DNA of 64,000 nt from Octopus sinensis (GCF_006345805.1 NC_043000.1:154318001-154382000), one strand, 5' to 3'. Positions 26,973 to 41,095 are shown, counted from the first letter of the stretch. Program-made: numbers and translations. The notes: generated from the sequence alone by a model not told the origin.

Positions 26973-29257
26973 GTTTATTAATGTTGCAAATACCATGTAT
27001 ATAGTGAGTCTAAAATTGCTTTTGACATCTCATGATAGGAAAGAAGCTAGGAATTAAGAATTTGCATTTCATCCCCATATGAACACTTCATTACAAATGC
27101 GGTTTCTTTTAATACTGACACAAATTAATTGGGTCTGCTCAGCTACATCCATCAACCAGCTATGCAAAAAACACAGAATGACACGTAAGAATAACTTGCG
27201 AAAAGAAATCAGAATATTTGCAGAGTCAGTCGACTTTTAGAAGTATAAATATTTACGAGGAACAGAAACGAGATTGGGAAGAGGAATAGATAGTGTAATC
27301 CTGAACTCATTTAAATAGCAAGAAGGAAAATAGTAGCGATACTACATTTGCAAAAGGAACTGTCAATTTATCTTAACATTGCCAGTGCAAAATATAAGTG
27401 ACTTTCGGAAGGTTCACATTCACAACATAGCTCAAGTGAACATTGCTTAAAAGCTGTAAAGATCATTTTCTATAAGTGGTAATATCAAAATATACACCAT
27501 AATTCACCTCTATAAATGTGAAAGGGCCCTGCTGTTAAAAAACTTAAGCACTTTCAAGTTAGGGACATATAGAGTTACTATGCAACACACAATTTAAATA
27601 GCAATGCTGTTTATGTTATGCTACAACATAAAACACGAGTGACATATCACAAAGTTATTCTAGGCATTTTGTGAACACTTTACAGTGACAGCCTCTGGCT
27701 TGCTTTATTGGCTATCACGATAAGTTCTGATAAGTTCGCAACAGTGCCTGGCTTCATATTCTTTCTCTAGATTAATAACCTACTCACTGCCACCTCTAGT
27801 CAGACATCCATATCCTTGAATTTACAAATCTTGATATTGTCCCTGAAATGAAACCTGTAAGGAGATATAGCATTTTCTCCCAAACATGCAACAGTAAATC
27901 TTTGCTAGTCAAGTACAACACATAGCTAAAACCATTATACCGCCCTATTACTCCTAAACTCTCGGGACATTTACACAATTCTGACAAGCATAAAGAGCAC
28001 ATGCACAAAAGTAGCAGTAGTATCAATAACCTCAAGGACTGCAAACATTGCATAGAAAAGTGCACCAAAAATATAATGAACACCAATTGTCAACTAAGAG
28101 GCACATCTCTGTTGTACCAACAACTACTTGCAAGTTCTGTTTATTTTGGCTCTTGCTTCAGAAAGCATTAGTGATGGCTGTCTTCTGGTAGCAATCTGTT
28201 GAGTTGAAGAGATAAATTTTTGCCATTAAAGTCCCAGTGATTGCTACATTGAGATTGAGGTTGGTGCTGGTAGGGGATTATTTCTTATTGATCCAAATCC
28301 GGTTCCAAAAAGGCTGAAAGTCTGCTTCTGTTATTTTGTTTTATTGACCAGTAAGAATCTATAGGCATACAGAAATAGTGTGTCCAATGTGGTCATACCA
28401 TCACATTGAACCTTATACAATAAACTGATGAAGATTGCACAATATGGTCCTCTGCAAGATAGGAGCATGGTATTAAAACAACATTCAGCATTCCAGTTAT
28501 AAGTTTGTTCTGCCAACTACCCTGTGTGACCTAGGTCTGCTTAACCCGAGTTGACCTGAGTAACAACATATTCATCATTAATTCTCATTGCAATTCCCCC
28601 TTGGCAAATTAAAAACCTACTGTTTGGCCTTGAGAAATTTTCAGGTTTCATGAACAATCACTTTCTAATATGCTTACATTTGTGCACCAAACATTATTAC
28701 TGTAAACCTACATTTTTTATTTCTGCTTTTGCCAGAAGCTGTTACCTAGACAAAGAATGTTGCCTGCTAAACTGGCTGGTAGCAAATACAGTGACAAAAA
28801 AAATAAATTTAAATACTAGGCCTTAAAATCCCTGACTGACTTTATTTTTCACAAAGCAGCAGGTTGCTTTCAAAAGCAGAAAAATATGTCAGTCCTAAAC
28901 AATTATACAAAGGTGGGGGGAGGGGTCAAAGGAAAAGGACTGACACACTTCCGGCTACATTAATCTTATTATACTAAACTATAATTCATATGTCTGATGC
29001 AGGCCACCGACCTTACAAAAATACACAGCAAATGCATGAAGAAAAAAAGCCATCCGCCTGGTTGGCAGACATTCATTCAATACTAACCACTTGGCTGTTT
29101 CCTATTTGTACCCTCCTATCATCTCTTCTGCAACAACTACAGTACACCACCTCTGCCTAAATATTCCCATTATGCCCACCTATCCTCCTTTACTCTTACT
29201 ATATATAACCTACATCGTAGAATGACCATCACCAGGTAGTATAGCCATATGAAAATA

Positions 29258-29489
29258 TATTTCTTTACTACCCACAAGGGGCTAAACACAGAGGGGGCAA
29301 ACAAGGACAGACAAATGGATTAAGTCGATTACATCAACCCCAGTGCGTAACTGGTACTTAATTTATCGACCCCGAAAGGATGAAAGGCAAAGTCGACCTC
29401 GGCGGAATTTGAACCCAGAACATAACGGCAGACGAAATACGGCTACGCATTTCGCCCCGTGTGCTAACGTTTCTGCCAGTTCGCCGCTT
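29258..29489 (-). mobile_element. Nin-domain SINE (family B), full length
   Basis: tRNA-like head (TGGCAGAAACGTTAGC...GGTTCAAATTCC) plus Nin/Deu-type core GCCTTTCATCCTTTCGGGGTCGATAAATTAAGTACCAG. Confidence 0.8.
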
Positions 29490-30318
29490 TAGACAGCAAA
29501 ACAAAGAAGAGAAATGTCCACTGTCACAACAAATCATACATGTAACTACCAAGAAGCCTCCACATAGTCGATCGACCAGAAATATTAGCAAACTCCCTCG
29601 GATTACATGCTGCTCTTTTAAAAAGTGAGAATTCAGCTTTTGAAAAAGTATGTCTATAAAAAAAAAATAGAATTAGGTTGGACTTTGAACATAGCTGACA
29701 GACTAAACAAGAACTATAAAGAAAATGTAAACAAAAAAAATAAAACATTGAAGTCAAAAGTATTTAATAAAGAAAAAGAATAAAAAATCAATGAAAATTA
29801 AATATACCAAACAGAATAAATTAATAGAAAGCATTCGAAAATAGAAGAAATGCTTAATGGCGAACAGAAAATAGCAATGAATGCAGTCAGCCTGACACTT
29901 CCACTACAAATAAACAATAGGACAAACCAGCAGTAAGTATATTTTGTAAACACCACCACCAACAACAACATCAATAACAGTAGCAGCAGCAGGTATTTGA
30001 AGTTTGGGATTGGACGTAATCAGTATATCATTGTCCAACAGATTTCCTGTCTTTTAACAACAATACATAGGCCAACCATACAATTGGTTGCCCGCCACTA
30101 TGAAGTATATAAAATGGTTGTGTTGTTGATTGTATGTAAGTAATGCAGACCTGGTTGGTCGGTCGGTCAGGCATTAATAAAAGGGAAAAAATATTTGGGA
30201 TGTGTGCCCAAACAAAAAAAAAAATGCAGATCGGATAAAGTTACAGAAAAAAAATTCAAGTAAAAATTTCAAGAAAAGCACTTGTAAGGTGCCTTGACAC
30301 AGAAAATAAAATGCACTT

Positions 30319-30480
30319 TGGCTGTGTGGTAAGTAGCTTGTTTACCAACCACATGGTTCCGGGTTCAGTCCCACTGCGTGGCATCTTGGGCAAGTGTCTT
30401 CTGCTATAGCCCCGGACTGACCAATGCCTTGTGAGTGGATTTGGTAGACGGAAACTGAAAGAAGCCTGTTTATATATATA

Positions 30481-30524
<44 letters not shown>

Positions 30525-30758
30525 TATATATACGTGTGTGTGTGTGTTTGTTTGACACCCTAGCATTGCTTGACAACTGATGCTGGTGTGTTTACGTCCC
30601 CGTCACTTAGCGGTTCGGCAAAAGAGACCGATAGAATAAGTACTGGGCTTACAAAGAATAAGTCCCGGGGTCGATTTGCTCGAATAAAGGCGGTGCTCCA
30701 GCATGGCCGCAGTCTGACTGAAACAAGTAAAAGAGTAAAAAAAGAGAGTAAAAGAGTA
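30319..30758 (+). mobile_element. SINE family A
   Basis: Near-identical to the other copies. Confidence 0.88.
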
Positions 30759-31144
30759 TACATTCACAGAAGAGGCTCTTTTAACATCATAAAAAGAAAG
30801 ATATCTTAACTGATTATGCAACAATAATTTGCATGAGAGAGCGCAAATGAACCAAGGCAGCATCTTCATATTGAAAGACATCACATGCAGGTGACAGATG
30901 TGCTGTCTATGTACTGCAAATGGACAACATCTGCTGAGTGAAATGTGCCATGCTGACAAAGGAAGCTATGGATGTTAAAAAGAAAACCAGCAATAGTGAT
31001 GTCATGTCTCAGGATGTCAGCTCTAACGAGAAAGGTGACCTTACTGTAATGAGCAGCATCATGCTCTATTGCAGATTCACCTAACCCCAACAAGTATGGA
31101 AAATAAATTAAAAATAACCATAATGATGGTAATGATAAATAACA

Positions 31145-31529
31145 TGGAAGGAAGCACTCCGTCGGTTACGACGACGAGGGTTCCGGTTGATCCGAATCAA
31201 CGGAACAGCCTGCTCGTGAAATTAACGTGTAAGTGGCTGAGCACTCCACAGACACGTGTACCCTTAACATAGTTCTCAGGGATATTCAGCGTGGCACAGA
31301 GAGTGACAAGGCCGGCCCTTTGAAATACAGGTACAACAGAAACAGGAAGTAAGAGTGAGAGAAAGTTGTGGTGAAAGAGTACAGCAGGGATCACCACCAT
31401 CCCCTGCCGGAGCCTCGTGGAGCTTTAGGTGTTTTCGCTCTATAAACACAACGCCCGGTCTGGGAATCGAAACCGCGATCCTATGACCGCAAGTCCGCTG
31501 CCCTAACCACTGGGCCATTGCGCCTCCAC
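31145..31529 (-). mobile_element. tRNA-derived SINE family C, young copy with 15-bp TSD
   Basis: Head GGAGGCGCAATGGCCCAGTGGTTAGGGCAGCGGAC...GGTTTCGATTCCC. Flanking direct repeat TAATGATAAATAACA at 31130-31144 and 31530-31544. Confidence 0.85.
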
Positions 31530-33067
31530 TAATGATAAATAACAATGTTAACACCATTTCTTATTTCCTCCCTATTAAATTTTCATGTTCACTCCTTAAC
31601 TTGATCTTCAGAGTAAATTCAACAACTATACACAATGTTTTAGAGATTCTCTTTTGCCAGAACTATTAGTTACTTTAAACTTATGTTATTTCTAATTCTT
31701 ATGAATTAATTTGTTCTTTAATTCCATTTCAGTCAGAAGATATTAAATAAGTTCAGTTTTAATCCTCACACCCAAACTTTGGTAAAAGGCAGCTGTGAAA
31801 TACATTTGGCTCACAGTAACGTTTTAAATTTTAAATTCAAGTCTCAAATTCCATTCAATTACAAACTCATTCTATTCAAATTTTGCTTAGTAAATTTCTC
31901 CAATAATATTCAGAATAACATGTTTAGAGCATTGTAATGAGGTGTTTTTGATATCAAAAAACAAGGAACTTTTTGGAACCTCTCATCACAAAGAATGATC
32001 AGCAGACAATGCTTAAACGAAGCCAAACATTTTGCTGCCAATAGTCTTTTTCAACCATTTCTCAAGTGCTCATTATTATTAGTCTATTTTTTCAACCATA
32101 AGTTAAAGAATACAGAATTCATTAGACAGAAGGAATGCAAAATCCTGGAGTCGAATCAAAGGGGAGGAATACGATACTTAAAGCATTTTCAAAGATCAAA
32201 ATACTTGAAATACTTTTTCCTAATCTAAAAAGTCGGTGAGAAGTTTGCTTCCAAACCACAAGCCCACTGCATGGCACCATGGGCAAGTGTCTTCTACAAC
32301 AGCCTTGGGCCGACCAATGCCTTGTGGGTGGACTTAGTAGGCAGAAACTGAAAAAAGCATGCGTGCATGTGTGACCACCACTTAGCAAGTGGTTTAGATT
32401 CCCATAACTTAACGGTTCAACAAACAAGACTGATAAGATTAAGTGCCAGACTTTAAAGTACTGGAGGTTGATTTGTTTGACTAGATCCTTCAGGGTGGTG
32501 CCCCTGCATGGCTGAAGTCATCTGACTGAAATATCATCATCAAACATCCATTTTCCATGCAGGCAAGCCAGAGGGCTGCACCAAGTTCCACTGTTGTTTA
32601 GGCATGATTTTTTATGGGTAGATGCCCTTCCTAACCCCAACAACTTTACAGACTTGACTGGGTGTTTTTTTTACGTGACACCAGTACCAGGTGAAGTCCA
32701 TCTTGGCAGGATTTTTCTTTTACAGCAGGATGCACCTCCAAACACCAGCCATTTTACAGTGTGGACAGGGCACTTTTGCTTTTAAAGTGGCACCGGCAAG
32801 GTCACCAAGTAACTTGCAAGACAAAGGTCCTTTGAGAATGGGGAGTACTGGAAGTGATGGCTTCTTGCCAGATGGTGAGAGATTAGAGCATGAAACAAGG
32901 AAAGAAGCAGGTGTCTTGCTGTAGAAAAGATACATGGTTACCACAGTTGGAGAGGGGGGAGAGAGGAAGGGGGAGAGAGAGAGAGAGAGAAAGCAAGATC
33001 TGCATTAATTTAATGAGTAAAATTTTTGAATAATAATAAATTTAATCTAAAATATATATATAATTTA

Positions 33068-33478
33068 GGCACAGGAGTGGCTGTGTGGTAAGTAGCTTGC
33101 TAACCAACCACATGGATCCAGGTTCAGTCCCACTGCGTGGCATCTTGGGCAAGTTTCTTCCACTATAGCCCCGGGCCGACCAATGCCTTGTGAGTGGATT
33201 TGGTAGACGGAAACTGAAAGAAGCCTGTCGTATATATGTATATATATATGTATATGTATGTGTGTGTGTGTTTGTGTGTCTGTTCCCCTGGCATTGCTTG
33301 ACAACCGATGCTGGTGTGTTTACGTCCCCGTCACTTAGTGGTTCGGCAAAAGAGACCGATAGAATAAGTACTGGGCTTACAAAGAATAAGTCCCGGGGTC
33401 GATTTGCTCGACTAAAGGCGGTGCTCCAGCATGGCCGCAGTCACATGACTGAAACAAGTAAAAGAGTAAAAGAGAGTA
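33068..33478 (+). mobile_element. SINE family A
   Basis: Full-length copy. Confidence 0.88.
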
Positions 33479-33940
33479 TAAACAAATCACAGGACAAATC
33501 TGATCATATTCCACTTCCCATCGAGTGACATTACATTTGTCATAACACTTTAAATATTCATCTACATATACGGTATTGAATGAAAAAGAGTTATGACCTA
33601 ATATAGAGACTGGTCCTACACAAGCACTTGATCTGCTAAAAATAGAAGTCAAGTCTCCATTATGCCCACCAGCTTAAAAAAGAAAATAGGAGTCACAATG
33701 AATAATGTGGTCCTATGCATGAAAAAAACAACAACAATGGAATGGACAACTTAAACACTGATCATTGGTTGACTCAGCCAGGGCTGACATTGGATTAAGC
33801 AATGACTAAGCCTCTTTCTCTTTTTTCACCCTCGTAAAGGGACTTACAAACACTCCAATGTTTTTTCAATAGAATGTTTTTGTTTTTTTTGTGTGTTTCT
33901 GAAAATTACAATGGGAGTTCACTTTGAAAAAAAAAAAAAA

Positions 33941-33974
33941 TTATATATATATACATACATACACACACACACAC

Positions 33975-34005
<31 letters not shown>

Positions 34006-34377
34006 CATACACATACATACATACACACATACATACACACACACACACACACATACATACACACACATAAATACATATACATAAATACATATACATAAAT
34101 ACATATACATAAATACATATACATAAATACATATACATAAATACATATACATAAATACATATACATAAATACATATACATATATATACATATACATAAAT
34201 ACATATACATATATATACATATATATACATATACATATATATACATATATACATACAAATACATATACATACAAATACATATACATACAAATACATATAC
34301 ATACAAATACATATACATACAAATACATATACATACATATACATATACATACATATACATACATACACATATATATA
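33941..34377 (+). repeat. Compound micro/minisatellite: (CA)n then 14-16-bp units ACATATACATAAAT / ACATATACATACAAAT
   Basis: Seen directly; it is the source of the spurious YVYV/CICM ORFs. Confidence 0.95.
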
Positions 34378-34991
34378 AGTCATTGAAACAATGATATTGT
34401 TATCAAATTACCCACACAGAACAAACATTGGCATACATTTGATCTTGCTTTGAATGATTAACTGGTTGCAAAAGTAAAAATTATGACCCAATTTCAATAG
34501 GCCTGAATGTTTCACTTAAGAGAGCATAGGATATCATCATCATGATGATGGTGATGATGATGCCTTTGCTCAGCTTATCTGTAAATCCAAAGCTTTACAT
34601 ATCAATGTCATAAATCAATTATCCATGTACTCAGAAATATTGTGCAAAACCTAATCACGTGACCTGTTTTTTGTTTTTGTTTTTTTTTTTAGGATGGTGG
34701 CATTATGATTTACTACCCTGGCTTGGCATATTTTGAAATCCTATTAGTAACTAACATTTAAAATTGTGTATTTATAAAAATACAAGATTTGAAATGTAGG
34801 AAAAGACCCATGTATATACAAACAACATGCTTATCTTCAAAAACAAATCTGTACCAAGATGAAAAATCAAGAAACTAATGATATACATATCTAAAACCAA
34901 TTAATTATTTCTCTTCCTCTACAAGAGGAAGAGAAATAATTAATTGAATCCTTTACAGTATGGAAAGGGTTAAAACAAAATCAATCTAAGC

Positions 34992-35057
34992 AGCCCCGGG
35001 CCGACCAATGCCTTGTGAGTGGATTTGGTAGACGGAAACTGAAAGAAGCCTGTCGTA

Positions 35058-35088
<31 letters not shown>

Positions 35089-35317
35089 GTTTGTGTGTGT
35101 GTTTGTGTGTCTGTGATTGTTCCCCTAGCATTGCTTGACAACCGATGCTGGTGTGTTTACATCCCCGTCACTTAGCGGTTTGGCAAAAAGAGACCGATAG
35201 AATAAGTACTGGGTTTATAAAAAGAATAAGTCCCAGGGTCGAGTTGCTCGACTAAAGGCGGTGCTACAGCATGGCCGCAGTCAAATGACTGAAACAAGTA
35301 AAAGAGTAAATAGAGAG
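34992..35317 (+). mobile_element. SINE family A, 5'-truncated
   Basis: Begins at AGCCCCGGGCCGACC and lacks the tRNA head. Confidence 0.85.
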
Positions 35318-37490
35318 GATCTGAACATGGAATTGCCAGACAAAACTAAGTATTTTTAAGACGGTAAGATAAGCTTAGCTGTCTCTCACAAGCAGGAGTT
35401 GATAGTTTATTTTCGACTACATAGTAACCTTTTTCAGGCAAAGTGTAGTAGAGATACCTTTTTGGCCCTCTTACCATTGACTTGGCAGAATATCAAGAAT
35501 CTGACAGTTGGGAGTTAAGAGATGTGTACCAGCAGGCAGCAGATACTCATTTTCAGCAGAGTTGACTGAAACATGAAATGATGCACTTTGATCAAGGACA
35601 CGATGCATTCCCCCAGTCCAGGAATCAAGCCCATGACTTTACAATTATGAGCTCAACACTAACCTCTAAGCCACTGAGACTAGTTTGAAACGGATGTAAG
35701 GTAGACTTACAGATACATCATCATCATTTAATGTAAATGCTGGCAGTTGCTTGACAGTTAGACAAGGATCCAATGGGTCCCATGAAGTGCATCATGCTTC
35801 TGTATGTTTTGACATGGTTTCTATGGTTAGAGGCTCTTCCTAACACAAACCACTTTACAGTGTTTACTGAATACTTATTTTCTTTTTCTTAATCATCAGC
35901 TATCAAGTGTCACTACATAGCTTGCATGTCTACAAAATCCAAGGAGTGCATCCTTATGCCTGATACAGGTTAAGGTATGACAGAAAAGGTTAGGGACACA
36001 GCTCTATGTGGCTAAGCCAGTTTTTATTTGTTTCTCTGCTCTGTGATCAGGAAAACAAGATCAGCCTGGCCAGATGCAAAATGTTTTTACCATATTTTTC
36101 AATCACAGAAAGAGAAAAAAAAAATCAGTTCAACCACAATGTTTACTTTGCAGTGATGCTGAAAGTATGCTAATCAAAACCATAAATATCTTACATTTCT
36201 ATTAAGTATCATACATTTTCTATTTTTAAAATAGTCTGTGTAGTGTTTGTTAATTTAGTTCAATCAGTCCATTGTCTAAACCAGCAGTTCTTAAACTGAT
36301 GAATACCAGCTGCACCACCCAACAAAAAAAAGAATTTTTTCTGCCCTATCCCCTCTTTATGAATGAAGAATAAAGATTTATAGGCTGTGTGATCAGGATG
36401 ACTGTTCCCCAACCCAGCGTGGCACTTCAAGAAAGTATCTTGTTATAGACATGTTTACCTTGCGAGTGGACTTGGGTAGACAGAAACTGAAAGATGCCCA
36501 TTGTATGTGTATGTACATGTGAGAGAAAGAGAGCTCGTATCTCTTATCTTGTGCATTTGCTGGTTGTAAATAGCTGGCTAACAATGTCATTTGCTTGCAG
36601 TCCACTGTGAAAGGATATCAGGGCTTCTCGACAAGGCTCATTCAAACAGTGTTGTTTGTTTTCAGTCTTCTGCATTAACAAATCTGATCTGTTTATTGTT
36701 CAGACTGAGAGAATATTCTTGCAATAGGAAATATGTGAGGGTGGATGACATCAGACATCAAGTTGCTATAATGTACTTTGTCTGACCCATGCAAGCATGG
36801 AAAAATAGACATTAAAAAGGTAACTTTCTTTATCACAGTATTGGGCAAGTTTAACAACATTTTTACTAAACAGTAATTTGTCTACCGTCTTTTCAATCTT
36901 CATGCCTACCCAATCCTATGAGGAACTCTGGCCTGAGGAATCCCTATCACTCTGGATTTAGACCAATAAATTATATAAATTCCCCTGTTTAATTTCTTAG
37001 ATGAATTAAATTCTGTTGCAGTTATCGCATCTATAATACACAACGCACACCCATAACACTTGCTTTATCATTTCTAAAATATGCAGTCTTAAATTTCTAG
37101 GCAGGCACTATTTTCATTTTAAGATTATCTAAATTTTATTCACCTACATCAGGATGGTTTTTTTTGTTTTTTTTTTTTGCTCTACACAACTGCTTTATTG
37201 AAATAACATTTTCTTATTTAAATGTCTGAGTTAACAGTGCGACAGTGCAATATAGTATTGACATTGTTCAAATGCAGACATACAAATGTTTTTGTTAGCT
37301 TGTTGTGCAAGGCTTAAAGCTTTCTATTGGCAGCTAAATAGGAAATTTTATACACCAGTAGTAGTATTATTGCTGTTATTATTCCTTGCAATAAACAGCT
37401 TTTATTTATTGCCATGTCATCTTCCCAAGACATAGGTCAAGTGAAGATATGATGAGTGCTAGAGATTACACATGGAAAGTGAACAATATA

Positions 37491-38110
37491 CGAAGGGGTG
37501 CTGAAAAGTTCCTGGCTTTGGGTAAAAGAAAATTCAAGAGGATCAGTCATATTTTTATTGAACACTAGCAGTATTGCCCGGCGTTGCTCGGGTTTGTAAG
37601 GGAAATAACTATATAAGCATTTTTAGAGAGTTATAGGTAAAAAATAGCAAAAAAATGCATTAAAAATGGAAAAAAAATTATGGTAAATTTTTTTTAAATT
37701 GTTGACTCATCGTAAACATTTTTAGAGAGTTACTTCTCTTATATAATATATATAATAGCGAAAAAATGCATTAAAATGGAAAAAAATGATGGTAAATTTT
37801 TTTTTAAATCGTAGACTCATCGTAGATGCACGCTAATATCTAGAAGGGCTCGATATGAATCACGACTATAAGATACCCGGTTTTGGTTAAACTGCACCGC
37901 AAAATGTGGGAGTAGTTAGGAATCTAAATCGTAGGAGACAGACACACAACCTCACTTTTATATATAAAGATATTCCCGTCTCAGATTCACATACTTATTG
38001 CAGTGGACCTTCAGTTTTTCTAAGCCCTGTAAAAGAACTTGGAAGGTTGAGTCTCAAACCAAACCTTTTGCAATACTCTTAAAAGCCAGGAAATTTTCAG
38101 CAGCACCTCA
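37491..38110. mobile_element. Mariner-type MITE interrupted by a Helitron
   Basis: TA|CGAAGGGGTGCTGAAAAGTTCCTGGCTTT ... AAAGCCAGGAAATTTTCAGCAGCACCTCA|TA. Confidence 0.75.
37565..37970 (-). mobile_element. Non-autonomous Helitron (second copy)
   Basis: Highly similar to 23212-23607; TC/CTAG ends and an A^T insertion site. Confidence 0.8.
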
Positions 38111-38859
38111 TAATATATAACTAAAATACATTTTGAACAGAAACAGTAAAATGCTGCACTCTTAAGGTTCCAAGTTGAAATCCTGCCAAATTGACAATGA
38201 CATTCCTCCAAGATTGATAGAATAAGTACTAGAAAAATTTAGGGCCTAAAACAATAATCAAATACTTCCCACATAAATGGCATTGTGCCAAAGTTAATAA
38301 TCCTCATTTAAGACACACCAAAACTGGCGAGAAGTATTTATCATAATGTAAGATCATTTGCCATAACAAAACTTGTATTTAAGTAAGGTACAAATTAAAA
38401 ACAAAAAAAATTTTTATTTCATAAGAAGGCCTTATTGATTGTCACAAATCACTATCTTAGAGAAGGAACTCTAGATTTGAAAAAGCAGAGTTTTATTACA
38501 AGTACCAATCTTATTTGATGTCTGTTAACCACAGAGGTAGCTTTCAAGTTTGAAAGTTTAAGGTTGACCAACATTTTGTGAGCAGAATCTGGTAGACAAA
38601 AACCATTTAGAGTTTGAGAGATCACCAGTCTCACAGATGGACCAGTGTATATTTGAAGAAATTTATTACAAATGCTAATCTCATTTGTCTACTAATCTCA
38701 GATTTATTTCAGGCCCCTACATTATTTTTACTAAGTTCTCAATAGTGAAATAGTGGCAATAAGATGTAAGCAGTGCTGATGTTATGGATATATATTTACA
38801 TGGTTCAAAATTCCACAAATAACTGGTGCGAGTATTTTAATTCTACTTTTTAACAATTC

Positions 38860-39036
38860 GCGCAGGAGTGGCTGTGTGGTAAGTAGCTTGCTAACCAACC
38901 ACATGGTTCCGGGTTCAGTCCGACTGCGTGGCATCTTGGGCAAGTGTCTTCTGCTATAGCCCCAGGCTGACCAATGCCTTGTGAGTGGATTTGGTAGACG
39001 GAAACTGAAAGAAGCCTGTCGTATATGTGTATGTAT

Positions 39037-39085
<49 letters not shown>

Positions 39086-39304
39086 TTGTGTGTCTGTGTT
39101 TGTCCCCCTAGCATTGCTTGACAACCAATGCTGGTGTGTTTACGTCCCCGTCACTTAGCGGTTCGGCAAAAGAGACCGACAGAATAAGTACTTGGCTTAC
39201 AAAGAATAAGTCCCGGGGTCGATTTGCTCGACTAAAGGTGGTACTCCAGCATGGCCGCAGTCAAATGACTGAAACAAGTAAAAGAGTAAAAAAGAGTAAG
39301 AGTA
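38860..39304 (+). mobile_element. SINE family A
   Basis: Full-length copy. Confidence 0.88.
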
Positions 39305-39961
39305 ATTCAATAACATTTCAGAAATTCAAAGAAATGTAAAACCTAGCCTTTACTCTTTCTATAGAACATTTTCAGAACTGACTGATCATCCTGGGATTTT
39401 AAGATGATTTACATAAAGAGCATTAAGCACCGTATCAGTTAAATCAAAAATTAGTCCATAATCTACTCCAAATGCATTAACCTCACTTGAACTAGTATGG
39501 TGCAGAGTAAAAAAATTACAACAAATTCACACCCAATTTACCAGAAAGAAGGAAATGTCAGCTTAGAAGTCTAACCTAAAGACAACATCTATGGGAAAAT
39601 ATTGAGCTTTGGACATTCAAACATAATCAGATGTAGCATATCAGTCAAGGAATATTTATATGCACATTTAGAGGCATTTAATTAAATTCCACAGCAGCCA
39701 ACATATTGAAATATAATATTAAAAAACATATCAGAAATGTGATGGCATCCAGGCCAAATACCAATTTACTTTATAGAATGTCAAAGTGTGAACTCTGACC
39801 TAACTACTGCCATTTCCACAACCGAAACTTAATACCATCTTAAACAGATGATGGAGTGTCTTATTACTTAAAATTGACAGTTAAGTAAACATATGTTCAC
39901 AAGATTTTTAATTTCAAAAGTTAACAGGCAATTTTTATATCATAGAATATCAGCTTTGAGA

Positions 39962-40167
39962 TACTCTCTTTTACTCTTTTACTTGTTTCAGTCATTTGAC
40001 TGTGGCCATGCTGGAGCACCGCCTTTAATCGAGCAACTCAACCCTGGGACTTATTCTTTTGTAAGCCCAGTACTTATTCTATCGGAATCTTTTGCCGAAC
40101 CGCTAAGTAACGGGGACATAAGCACACCAGCATTGGTTGTCAAGCAATGCTAGGGGGACACACACAA

Positions 40168-40208
<41 letters not shown>

Positions 40209-40387
40209 CATACATACATACATACGAAGGGATTCTTTCAGTCTCCGTCTACCAAATCCACTCACAAGGCTTTGGTCGGCCCAAGGCTATAGCAGAAGAC
40301 ACTTGCCCAAGGTGCCACGCAGAGGGACTGAACCCAGAACCATGTGGTTGGTAAACAAGCTACTTACCACACAGCCACTCCTGCGCC
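39962..40387 (-). mobile_element. SINE family A
   Basis: Reverse-complement full-length copy. Confidence 0.88.
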
Positions 40388-40740
40388 TATTGATGATGTA
40401 GGCTGGTGATTAAAAGAAGTTCCAATAATGCCCATCCCATATCTTTGCTCAGTGATAGTGTACTTAGGATTATTTTACCCAATGTGTTTAAGATGGTAGG
40501 GTATGATTTTAGAATTTCAATATTTCTAGTAGTCTAAGTTACCCTGTAGAAGCTCCCTTGTTGACTCATTATAGACAGTAACTTTTGCTAGTCCAAATTT
40601 CCTCATTAACCCTTTTGATACTATACCCCAGGTGCAATGATCCAAACTTCTTGTCTTAAACTGACTAAGATCTTCCATTGAGATTTCAAGTTGATTTATG
40701 TTCCAAACAGCTTTATGAAGAAAAAGTTCAAATTCTTCAT

Positions 40741-41012
40741 TCATCATCATCATCATCATCGTTTAGCGTCCGCTTTCCATGCTAGCATGGGTTGGACGGT
40801 TCTACTGGGGTCTGTGAAGCCAGAACGCTTCATCAGGCCCAGTCAAATCTGGCAGTGTTTCTACGGCTGGATGCCCTTCCTAACGCCAACCACTCCGTGA
40901 GTGTAGTGGGTGCTTTTTACGTGCCACCCGCACTGGTGCCAGACAGAGCTGGCAAACGGCCACGAACGGATGGTGCTTTTTATGTGCCACCGGCACGAGG
41001 GCCAGGCGAGGC
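40741..41012 (-). mobile_element. Family E (GAT)n-tailed retroposon
   Basis: Same core as 11546-11892, with two modules. Confidence 0.75.
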
Positions 41013-41095
41013 TGATGAAGGCTGTTAATTTCAAGAGAAATATTGTAACCAAATGATTAAGAGCATATTGAATAGCAGAATTGATAGAATTGATA

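Larger units (their letters stand above)
25936..28360. repeat. ~235-bp inverted repeat pair (25936-26170 / 28127-28360)
   Basis: The arms are reverse complements with about 7 differences by eye. Confidence 0.9.

Noticed and set aside
27100-28120. Possible LINE endonuclease relic between the inverted arms
   Set aside because: Only faint motif echoes; too decayed to call without a translated search.
33893-34383. Several 139-154 aa ORFs (YVYV/CICM repeats)
   Set aside because: Stop-free translation of a CA/TA minisatellite.
41012-41040. CTGATGAAGGC hammerhead-like start
   Set aside because: No stem II partner or correctly placed GAAA; it is a junction of family E with flanking DNA.
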